From Propionibacterium freudenreichii subsp. freudenreichii (GTDB taxonomy: Bacteria > Actinomycetota > Actinomycetes > Propionibacteriales > Propionibacteriaceae): 32,000 bases of DNA. Below the pieces are notes generated by a model. The model was not told where the DNA came from, did not search any database, and saw only the letters and a list, made by a program, of their open reading frames with translations. The position numbers and the translations under genes are program-made. Every line of letters begins with the position of its first letter. Positions within the stretch are counted from its first letter, which is position 1. This document shows, piece after piece, positions 25,072 through 32,000 of this stretch. The stretch spans positions 120,001 to 152,000 of the forward strand of contig NZ_CP010341.1 of the NCBI RefSeq assembly GCF_000940845.1, written 5' to 3'.

Positions 25072-25158
25072 GTCGAGGTCTTCCGGCAGATGGCGAGTGT
25101 GAGAACTTCCATCCTCAGGGAGACCTCGACCCCTACCCGGCCACCGACACGCTCAACC

Positions 25159-25184
25159 CGCTACACCCTCGTTCGTGAAGAGCC
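25159..25184. repeat. IS terminal inverted repeat (right end in window coordinates)
   Basis: CGCTACACCCTCGTTCGTGAAGAGCC matches 23758-23783 in inverted orientation at 26 of 26 positions. Confidence 0.9.
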
Positions 25185-25185
25185 G

Positions 25186-25842
25186 GAAAACCGGATGCGC
25201 TTCCTGACGCAGATCTACCGGGCCATGCGCGATGCGCTGGGTGATGATTTCCCGATCGGACTGAAGCTGAACTCGTCCGATGGTGTGGAGGGTGGTTTTT
25301 CGGAACAGGACGCCTTGTCGGTGATCGAGACGATGGCGGCCATGGGGCTCGACCTCGTGGAGATTTCGGGGGGAACCTACACAAAGCCGCCGGTCGACGT
25401 TGTGGACGGTGTCGACCCTCGCCGTGGCACGATCTTCCTCCTCGATTTCGCCCGGCGCCTGCAGGGCAGGGTCGACATCCCTGTGGCTCTGACCGGTGGA
25501 TTCCTGGCGGCCCCCGATATGGAGGAAGTCCTGGCCAGTGGGGCCGCTGACATGATCGGCATCGGTCGCGGTCTGGTGGTGAGTCCCGACCTGCCCAACA
25601 AGATTCTGGATGGGGGCAGTCATGAGACTGTCTCCTTGCCGCGCGTGACCACTCCGGTCTCGGCGGTTGATCGTGCGCTGGGCTCCATTCTCGTGATCAG
25701 TTGGTACGAACACCAGATGTGCCGACTTGCCGAGGGTAAGCAGGTCGCATCGAGTGGGGACGCCACGGTGGCGCTCATGAGTACGTTGAGGAGTCATGGT
25801 CTTGGCGCGCTGGCGCCACGGCGGAATTCGGGAAGGAAGTAG
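25186..25842 (+). pseudogene. 3' half of an NADH:flavin oxidoreductase (Old Yellow Enzyme family) gene, 5'-truncated by the IS
   Basis: It begins at the conserved ENRMRF motif immediately after the IS end, continuing with DDFPIGLKLNS, DLVEISGGTY and ADMIGIGRGLVVSPDLP. The N-terminal FMN-binding half is missing. Track ORF 25090-25842 is a chimera that starts inside the IS. Confidence 0.7.
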
Positions 25843-25844
25843 CG

Positions 25845-26189
25845 ATGACTGCATCGCACGACGACTGTGCGCTCGAGAGCCTGCTGATCCTCAATCAGTG
25901 CATCCCGCTGTTTGAGACCCTGAAGGATCCTGAGCGGCAGTCGATTCTCGTGCGACTCATCGAGCACGGCCCGCTGACCGTCAATGAGGTGGCCGAGAGT
26001 TCCTCACTGTCGCGTCCCGCTGTGTCACACCATCTGAAGATTCTTGAGCGCAACGGATTGGTCTCCATGACGAAGGAGGGCACCCGCCGGATCTGTCGGG
26101 CGGAGACCCAGACCGGGCTCAGCCTGCTGAAGCGGCTCGTGTCGGCTCTGGAGGCCGATCTGGCTGAAGTCCCCGGCGTGGCACACTGA
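25845..26189 (+). CDS. ArsR/SmtB family transcriptional regulator
   Basis: The 114-aa ORF has the winged HTH LKDPERQSILVRLIEHGPLTVNEVAESSSLSRPAVSHHLKILERNGLV. The ATG lies 2 nt after the upstream stop. Confidence 0.85.
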   Translation: MTASHDDCALESLLILNQCIPLFETLKDPERQSILVRLIEHGPLTVNEVAESSSLSRPAVSHHLKILERNGLVSMTKEGTRRICRAETQTGLSLLKRLVSALEADLAEVPGVAH

Positions 26190-26232
26190 CGACAAGTACG
26201 GTTGCGCACCCAATGTCCAGGAGAACATCGGC

Positions 26233-27786
26233 ATGACATCTGCCTCATCCACCCATTCGCGTGAGCGTCACATCCTGCTGGGGGTGACGGGCAGCATCGC
26301 TGCTTTCAAGGCCGCCCAATTGGCGTCTGACTGGGTGAAACAGGGCCATCAGGTGCGCGTGCTGATGACCGCTGCCGCCGCGCAGTTCGTGTCGCCGCTC
26401 ACCTTCCAGTCGCTCACCCACCAGTCGGTGCGCATCGCGATGTTCGACGACTCGGGGGCCAGCCAGACCGCCACCGATGACGGCATGCATGTGGGAATCA
26501 CCCACATTGACGATGCCAAATGGGCCGATGTGTTCGTGATCGCCCCCGCCAGTGCCGATGTGATCGCCCGCACCGCGGCCGGCATGGCCAACGACCACCT
26601 GACCGCCACCCTGCTGGCCGCCACCTGTCCCGTCGTGCTGGCGCCGGCGATGAACACGCGGATGTATGACAATCCGGTCACCCAACGCAATATGACCACC
26701 TGCCGCCAGCTGGGCATGAGCTTCGTCGAACCGTCGTCGGGCCTGCTGGCCTGCGAGGACGTCGGCAAGGGGCGGCTGGCCGAGTTGTCCGACATCGAGT
26801 GGGCCGTTGACGAGGCGCTCGAGGGCATGTCGGCACCGCGTTTCGATGCGGACGTCGCCGGGCCCGGTCGGTCCGGGGCGGCGCGTGCCGAGGCCCCGCG
26901 GCCCACATCTGATGTCGAATCGGCTGGTGCGACGCCGTCTGATGCGGGTTCGTCTGACGCTGGGCCGATCGATGCCGCGGTGATCGATGCGGCGATGGCG
27001 GACGCCGAGCCCTCCACCACCCTCGTCGTCCCGGATTCGGTGACCTCCGATGTGGTGGTCCCCGATGCCGGTGCGATGCCGCCGCTGCGCGCCGGAGGGC
27101 CGGCCGGTGGCGCCGAGGGGCTGCTGTCGGGGGTGCGCGTGCTGATCACCGCCGGGCCCACCCGCGAGCCGATCGATCCGGTGCGCTTCCTGAGTAACCA
27201 TTCCAGTGGCCGCATGGGCTATGCGCTGGCCAGTGCCGCGCACGACCTGGGGGCGGCGGTGACGCTGGTGTCGGGGCCGGTGTCGTTGCCCGAGCCGGCC
27301 GGCGTCACGATGGTGCAGGTGCAGACCGCCGCCGAGATGTTCGACGCCGTGACCGCCCGCTTCGAACAGGCAGATTTGGTGGTGATGGCGGCTGCCGTCG
27401 CAGATTTTGCGGTTGCAGCGCAGGCTGACCAGAAGATCAAGAAGCGCGGGCGTCGAGCGCTGACCCTGCAGCTGGAGGCGACCCCCGACATCCTCGCCTG
27501 GTGTGGTGAGCATCGCCATCCCGGCCAGGTGCTGTGTGGCTTTGCGATGGAGACCACGGAGCTGGTGGCCCACGCCACCGAGAAGCTTGCCCGCAAGGGC
27601 GCCGACATGATCGTCGCGAATTCGCTCACCACGCCGGGGGCCGGTTTCGGCACCGACACCAACGTGGTCACCATCCTCACCGCCACCGACGGCGAGCCCC
27701 ACCGCGACGACCTGCCGATGATGACCAAGCGCGAACTGGCCGGCCAGATCCTGGCCAGGATGGCGGCCCTGCGCGTCAGCGCGTAG
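26233..27786 (+). CDS. coaBC: bifunctional phosphopantothenoylcysteine decarboxylase / phosphopantothenate--cysteine ligase, with an expanded low-complexity linker
   Basis: The CoaC flavoprotein domain reads ILLGVTGSIAAFKA, PAMNTRMY. The CoaB domain reads ITAGPTREPIDPVRFLSNHSSGRMG, AAVADF, KIKK. CAGGAG lies upstream of the ATG. The product is 517 aa, partly because of an Ala/Asp/Pro/Ser-rich insert between the two domains. Confidence 0.92.
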   Translation: MTSASSTHSRERHILLGVTGSIAAFKAAQLASDWVKQGHQVRVLMTAAAAQFVSPLTFQSLTHQSVRIAMFDDSGASQTATDDGMHVGITHIDDAKWADVFVIAPASADVIARTAAGMANDHLTATLLAATCPVVLAPAMNTRMYDNPVTQRNMTTCRQLGMSFVEPSSGLLACEDVGKGRLAELSDIEWAVDEALEGMSAPRFDADVAGPGRSGAARAEAPRPTSDVESAGATPSDAGSSDAGPIDAAVIDAAMADAEPSTTLVVPDSVTSDVVVPDAGAMPPLRAGGPAGGAEGLLSGVRVLITAGPTREPIDPVRFLSNHSSGRMGYALASAAHDLGAAVTLVSGPVSLPEPAGVTMVQVQTAAEMFDAVTARFEQADLVVMAAAVADFAVAAQADQKIKKRGRRALTLQLEATPDILAWCGEHRHPGQVLCGFAMETTELVAHATEKLARKGADMIVANSLTTPGAGFGTDTNVVTILTATDGEPHRDDLPMMTKRELAGQILARMAALRVSA

Positions 27787-27836
27787 AAGGGGAACTGCGC
27801 ATCAGCGCGTAGAAGGGGTTACCGCGCGTCAGCGCC
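27769..27836. repeat. ~26-nt tandem repeat, about 2.6 copies, spanning the coaBC stop codon
   Basis: The copies read CTGCGCGTCAGCGCGTAGAAGGGGAA (27769-27794), CTGCGCATCAGCGCGTAGAAGGGGTTA (27795-27821) and CCGCGCGTCAGCGCC (27822-27836). Confidence 0.85.
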
Positions 27837-27958
27837 GGGGGAGATTGCGGCGCGTCGTGAGGTCATCGGCCGTCAGCACGCACCGGGGCGACGCGTCCCG
27901 CGGGCCCGTTTTCGTGAGCGGCGGCGTCCCCGCGCGTCCGTCGGTGCAAGATATTCCC

Positions 27959-29107
27959 ATGCTCTACACCACTCATCTCGAGATCGACCTTGATGCACTG
28001 CGCCACAACGCCCGGGCCATCAAGCAGCTGGTGGGTGACCGCAAGGTGCTGGTGGCCGTGAAGGCCGATGGCTACGGCCACGGCGCGGTGCCCATCGCCC
28101 GCCTGTTCCAGCGCGAGCACCTGGCTGACTGGTTGGGCGTGGCCACCGTCTCGGAGGCGATGGCGCTGCGCGAGGGCGGCGTCACCCTGCCGATCCTGAA
28201 GCTGTCCCATGCGTTCCCCGAGGAACTGCCCACCGCCATCGACGCGGACATTGCGCTCACCGTGGTGGACGAGCAGAGCGCCGACGAGGCGGCCGAGGCC
28301 GCCAAGGTGGTGGGCAAGCCGGTGAACGTGCACCTGGCGCTCGACACCGGCATGCGCCGCATCGGCGCCGAACCCGAGCATGCGGTGGCGTTGGCCCGCC
28401 ACATCGACGAGGACGCCCTCAACCTGCAGGGCATCTTCACCCATATGCCGGTGTCGGACACGACCCAGGGTTACGACTTCACCGTCGAGGAGCTGGCGCG
28501 CTTCGCGAAGGCCGTCGACGACGTCCAGGCCGATCGGGCAACCCGGGGCCTGCCGGCGGTACCCCTGGTGCACGCCGCGGCGTCGGCCGGCGTGCTGGGC
28601 CACGACCTGTCCGGGCTGACGATGGTGCGCCCCGGCATCGCGATCTACGGGGCCTATCCCGACGCGCAGACCCCGCGCACCGCCGCGCTGCGTCCGGTGG
28701 TGACGATGCGCTCGAAGGTGAGCTTCATCAAGCGCATCCGGGCCGGCGAGACGGTCAGCTACGGGCGCACGTGGACGGCGCCCACCGACCGCTGGATCGC
28801 CACCGTGCCGGTGGGCTATGCCGACGGCTTCAACCGGCTCAACTCGAACCGTGGCCGCATGCTCATCAACGGCCGCAGCTTCCCGGTGGCCGGACGCGTG
28901 TGCATGGACCAGACGATGCTTGACCTGGGCGAGGCCGACGACCACGGGGTGCACCGCGGCGACGATGTGATCATCATCGGCGCCAGCGGCGACGAGTACA
29001 TCAGCACCGACGAGCTCGCGGAGCTGGCCGGAACCATCAGCTACGAGGTGACGGCGGTCATCCCGCCGCGCGTTTCGCGCCAGTACTTCGATTCCGCCGC
29101 CGAATAG
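27959..29107 (+). CDS. alr: alanine racemase
   Basis: The sequence has LEIDLDALRHNARAI, the VAVKADGYGHG PLP-lysine motif, RPGIAIYG and VPVGYADG. I chose the start at ATG 27959 (MLYTTHLEIDL); the track ORF begins at TTG 27845. Confidence 0.9.
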   Translation: MLYTTHLEIDLDALRHNARAIKQLVGDRKVLVAVKADGYGHGAVPIARLFQREHLADWLGVATVSEAMALREGGVTLPILKLSHAFPEELPTAIDADIALTVVDEQSADEAAEAAKVVGKPVNVHLALDTGMRRIGAEPEHAVALARHIDEDALNLQGIFTHMPVSDTTQGYDFTVEELARFAKAVDDVQADRATRGLPAVPLVHAAASAGVLGHDLSGLTMVRPGIAIYGAYPDAQTPRTAALRPVVTMRSKVSFIKRIRAGETVSYGRTWTAPTDRWIATVPVGYADGFNRLNSNRGRMLINGRSFPVAGRVCMDQTMLDLGEADDHGVHRGDDVIIIGASGDEYISTDELAELAGTISYEVTAVIPPRVSRQYFDSAAE

Positions 29108-29116
29108 GGGCGCGCG

Positions 29117-30733
29117 ATGGATGGGTGGATGCACCGCATCGGGTCGGCGCGCCGAGCGCGGACGGGTCGGTCGCGGGGTGGTCGCCGTCTCGCGGGTCGG
29201 GTACTCGCGGCGCTGTGCGCCCTGACGGTGGGCCTCTCGTCGTCGGCCATTGCGCGTGCCGACGACGGCCTGTGGTACCTCGACCAGTTCGGCGTGCGCG
29301 ACGCCCATGCGCAGGGCCTCGACGGCTCCGGCGTCACCATCTCGGTGATCGACAGCCCGCTGGTATCGGACTATCCGGCCTTGTCAGACGCCAATATCAG
29401 CTATGACACGGTGCCCCAGTCAACCCGCGCGCCCGCTGGTCGCTCGGAGGGATACGACGCCTGCTACCAGAACGGGCAGAAGATCGTCGCGTCGTTCAAG
29501 TCGGGGCAGGCGATGGACCCGGACGCCCCCGGTGATCCGATCTTCATCACCCATGGCACCGAGATGACCTCGCGGATCGTTGGCAACGGGAAGGGCTACG
29601 GCAGTGATCCCGGGTTCGAGGGCATCGCGCCGCGGGCAGCGGTGAAGTTCTTCGCCAACTCGGGCGGTATCGGCAGCGGCGACGTGGCCGACAACAGCTG
29701 CGAGGGCCCCGATGGCTCGGCCCTGGGCACCGACCTGGCGACCACCGGGCTGGGTATCGCCAGGGCGGTGGGCGCCGGTGCCCGCGTGGTGAGCATGTCG
29801 TTCCTCACCAGCGTCGACGCCGATGACTACCCGGGCTTCCTCAGCGCCCTGCAGCACGGCGTGATCATGGTCAGCGCCCGCGACAACAGCCAGGAGCCCG
29901 GACTGCCCGACATGGTGGGCGATCCCTCGCGGTTGACGGGCCTGCCGGGGTTGGTGACGGTGAACTCCATCGGTCCGTCCGGTCCGCTGGCGCCCAGTTC
30001 GGACACCACCGATGGCTCGGTGGCGATCCTGAGCCCGGGCAATGAGGTGCTCATCGCCCCCGCCATGGACACCCGCGTGCTCGACGTGGCCAACGGCGGC
30101 ACCTCTTCAGCGGTGGCGAACCTGTCGGGGATGCTCACCCTGGCCCTGCAGAAATGGCCCGACGCCACCGGGAACCAGATCATGCAGTCGCTGGTGGCCA
30201 ATACCCGCGACTCGGACGGCACCGCCACCCTCGACGAGGGCCACGAACGCGGCTTCGGGGTGGTTGACCTCACCAAGCTGCTTGCCGTTGACCCCACCGG
30301 GTACCCCGACGTCAATCCGATCCTCGACCAGGAGGTCACCCGCGCCGCCGAGCACGGCGAGACCGCCGACATGTACGACGCGCAGTGCGCGGCCGATTCC
30401 GCCCAGACCACCGAATACCAGTTCGGCGACGTCACCATGAAGGTGCCCTGCCAGGCCGGCCAGTTCAAGCAGGAACTGGTGCGCCAACAGGACGCCTGGG
30501 CGGCGGTGCAACAGTGCCGTGCCGACGGCGGAGCCGACTGCATGAGGCTGTCGGCCACCAACACCGCGCCGGCGGTGAGCAAGCAGGCCGGCGCGGTGCA
30601 GGCCCCCGCGGCGCCCGTCCGCACGTCCACCCATGCGGGTGTCTGGGTCGCGGCCGCCACCGGCGCACTAGCAGTCGTTGCGGTGGCCACCGGCGGTGTG
30701 ATCCTGCATCGACGCCGACGCTCGTCCCACTGA
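29117..30733 (+). CDS. S8 family serine peptidase (subtilase) with signal peptide and C-terminal membrane anchor (mycosin-like architecture)
   Basis: The catalytic Asp (GVTISVIDS), His (THGTEMTS) and Ser (GGTSSAVANLSG) contexts are present. The N-terminal signal is AALCALTVGLSSSAIARA. The C-terminus has the TM segment VWVAAATGALAVVAVATGGVIL followed by HRRRR. Confidence 0.85.
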   Translation: MDGWMHRIGSARRARTGRSRGGRRLAGRVLAALCALTVGLSSSAIARADDGLWYLDQFGVRDAHAQGLDGSGVTISVIDSPLVSDYPALSDANISYDTVPQSTRAPAGRSEGYDACYQNGQKIVASFKSGQAMDPDAPGDPIFITHGTEMTSRIVGNGKGYGSDPGFEGIAPRAAVKFFANSGGIGSGDVADNSCEGPDGSALGTDLATTGLGIARAVGAGARVVSMSFLTSVDADDYPGFLSALQHGVIMVSARDNSQEPGLPDMVGDPSRLTGLPGLVTVNSIGPSGPLAPSSDTTDGSVAILSPGNEVLIAPAMDTRVLDVANGGTSSAVANLSGMLTLALQKWPDATGNQIMQSLVANTRDSDGTATLDEGHERGFGVVDLTKLLAVDPTGYPDVNPILDQEVTRAAEHGETADMYDAQCAADSAQTTEYQFGDVTMKVPCQAGQFKQELVRQQDAWAAVQQCRADGGADCMRLSATNTAPAVSKQAGAVQAPAAPVRTSTHAGVWVAAATGALAVVAVATGGVILHRRRRSSH

Positions 30734-30911
30734 GGCGGGGGAGGGTCGCCTGTCTGATTCCCGAGCGGTGCAGTGCTGGTGGGGACCCACCCCCCGGAAG
30801 AAGATGCTGAGAAAGGCCCGCACCCTCTGCGGCCGAACCGGAACCGGCCTAGCGTGAAGGCGTTGCTTCATTGCGGCGATGGCGCCGCAAGGGTCCGAAA
30901 GGGGCAGGGTC

Positions 30912-31781
30912 ATGGTCCTGTTGGCAATAGTGAATCTGGCAGCGGCGGTGCTTCTCATCGCGATGGGCGTCCTGGGTCAGCGGCACGCCCTGCCGCGCAA
31001 TGGCTGGGCGGGCATCCGCACCGCCACCACGATGACCAATGACGACACCTGGGACGCGGCTCATGTGGCGGCGGCCCCGGCGTTCGTGATCGGCGGCCTG
31101 GTGCAGTTGCTGCTGGCCGCCACCGCACTGGTGCTCGCCGGCAACGACGACCTGAACGGCGCCGGCGTCGCCATCGTGTTCACGGTCGTCTGGCTGGTGA
31201 CGCTCACCGCAGCGGTCGCGATGGCCGCCGTCGTCGGCGTCCGGGCGTCGAAGGCGGTGCTCGTGCGCCAGCAGCAGCAACTGGTGGCAGTCGGCGCGCA
31301 CGGCCATTCCGCCAGCGCCTCCGACGAGGTGCTGGGCGCCGAACCGCCCGGTGAGTGGATCAGCCGCGATCCCGCCCGCACGGTGGCGGCGATCGTGATG
31401 GCGCTGGTGCCGGCCGCGCTGATGATGGTGTTGCGGTCGTCGGTGTTCGCCGACCTGCCCGCCAAGGTGCCGCAGCACTGGGGGCTCAGCGGCCCACCGG
31501 ACGCCTGGGTGTCGAGCAATACCGCGTTCTGGTTGGGGTTCGTCGCCGCCTGCGTGCTGGGGGTCGCGGCCATTTCCGTGCTGCTCGTCGCACGCACCGC
31601 GCGGGCCCGCCGCGGCTACTACTCGTTGTTCACGATCATGGCGTTCATCGCCAGTGGCGGATGGCTCGCCTCGGCCCTGTACGGCATCGGCATCGCGATC
31701 GGCGGCTGGCAGAGCGGCCTGATCATCGCGGCTGCGGCCGTGCTCGGGCTCGTCGCCCGCTACATCGTGCCTGACGCCTGA
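30912..31781 (+). CDS. polytopic membrane protein with SdpI-like and DUF1648-like motifs
   Basis: The N-terminal half carries LPRNGWAGIRTATTMTNDDTWDAAH (SdpI-family-type loop). The C-terminal half carries LPAKVPQHWGLSGPPDAWVS (DUF1648-type). Both assignments are from memory of the motifs. I chose the start at ATG 30912 after GAAAGGGG; the alternative ATG at 30879 sits in a hairpin loop. Confidence 0.6.
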   Translation: MVLLAIVNLAAAVLLIAMGVLGQRHALPRNGWAGIRTATTMTNDDTWDAAHVAAAPAFVIGGLVQLLLAATALVLAGNDDLNGAGVAIVFTVVWLVTLTAAVAMAAVVGVRASKAVLVRQQQQLVAVGAHGHSASASDEVLGAEPPGEWISRDPARTVAAIVMALVPAALMMVLRSSVFADLPAKVPQHWGLSGPPDAWVSSNTAFWLGFVAACVLGVAAISVLLVARTARARRGYYSLFTIMAFIASGGWLASALYGIGIAIGGWQSGLIIAAAAVLGLVARYIVPDA

Positions 31782-31826
31782 TCCCACCGGGCACCTGATC
31801 GTCCCGGTCAACGATGCACACGAGTT

Positions 31827-31868
31827 GGGGGCGGGTGAAGCACCGTCAACGATGCTTCACCCGCCCCC
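31827..31868. terminator. bidirectional terminator between convergent genes
   Basis: A perfect 16-bp stem: GGGGGCGGGTGAAGCA (31827-31842) pairs with TGCTTCACCCGCCCCC (31853-31868), with a 10-nt loop. Confidence 0.7.
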
Positions 31869-31891
31869 ATCCTCACGTGGCTTCGCGCGCC

Positions 31892-32000
31892 TCAGTCGTC
31901 CTCCTCGGACCACTCGGCGTCGCGCACATCGGACTCCGGCTGCGGTGCCGGCTGTTCCTCGTCGACAACCTGCTCGGGGCCGGGCAGTTCGGGCAGGCGG
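31892..32000 (-). CDS. 3' end of an unidentified gene (acidic C-terminal tail); 5' end lies outside the window
   Basis: The minus-strand frame is open from the window edge to TGA (complement of 31892-31894). It reads ...PELPGPEQVVDEEQPAPQPESDVRDAEWSEEDD. It is not in the ORF track because no start codon lies within the window. Confidence 0.4.
   Translation of the reverse strand, partial: RLPELPGPEQVVDEEQPAPQPESDVRDAEWSEEDD

Larger units (their letters stand above)
23758..25184 (-). mobile_element. ISL3-family insertion sequence, apparently intact (1427 bp)
   Basis: It has perfect 26-bp terminal inverted repeats beginning GGCTCTTC and a single 435-aa ISL3-type transposase ORF whose stop lies inside the left repeat. 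Confidence 0.9.

Noticed and set aside
23750-25192. 8-bp target-site duplication for the ISL3 element
   Set aside because: The flanks GCAATACC and GGAAAACC match at only 6 of 8 positions, and the terminal CC may be part of the inverted repeat. Because the two flanks belong to unrelated genes, I do not accept this as a true duplication.
30871-30890. Hairpin TTGCGGCG-ATGG-CGCCGCAA as terminator of the protease gene
   Set aside because: It has no T-tract and lies about 140 nt after the stop. Its loop contains the alternative ATG at 30879 of the next gene, so it may instead be leader structure. I used it only as an argument for preferring the 30912 start.
1-32000. tRNA or rRNA genes, prophage, defence, toxin-antitoxin or secretion-system gene sets
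   Set aside because: I saw no T-arm/anticodon-arm cloverleaf candidates or rRNA-like stretches. No ORF shows motifs of integrases (other than the ISL3 transposase), Cas, restriction, toxin or T7SS core proteins.

Overview
This is a high-GC chromosomal segment with an Actinomycetota-type gene repertoire; I cannot resolve the taxon further without a database search. It is densely coded, mostly with housekeeping and transport genes.

Genes in order:
- nfo, translationally coupled to a long-chain acyl-CoA ligase
- a sugar locus: MFS sugar porter, hydroxypyruvate-isomerase-family TIM barrel and a divergent LacI regulator
- pncA
- an amino-acid ABC transporter with three tandem lipoprotein binding proteins (the first frameshifted), one permease and one ATPase
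- a PadR regulator with a Gly/Arg-rich tail
- glutamine-dependent nadE
- a PatB/MalY-type C-S lyase
- rpiB
- a PdxA-family / GntP permease / TIM-barrel cluster
- an intact ISL3-family IS with perfect 26-bp terminal inverted repeats, sitting between two unrelated gene fragments (MFS 5' stub and Old Yellow Enzyme 3' half)
- ArsR, coaBC, alr
- a membrane-anchored S8 subtilase
- an SdpI/DUF1648-like membrane protein

I found no rRNA, tRNA or CRISPR array, and no recognisable defence, secretion or toxin system. I could not identify a discrete novel multi-gene system.

Strongest leads:
- an ~860-nt ORF-poor, hairpin-dense gap upstream of the PadR gene with paired AT-rich palindromes
- the IS-associated rearrangement truncating a possible four-carbon acid-sugar cluster that lacks its expected kinase
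- two apparent frameshifts
- an unusual number of short tandem repeats (11, about 14, 15, 24 and 26 bp, the last in two separate sets) located on or next to gene 3' ends

Many long overlapping or antisense ORFs in the six-frame track are high-GC artefacts and were not called.
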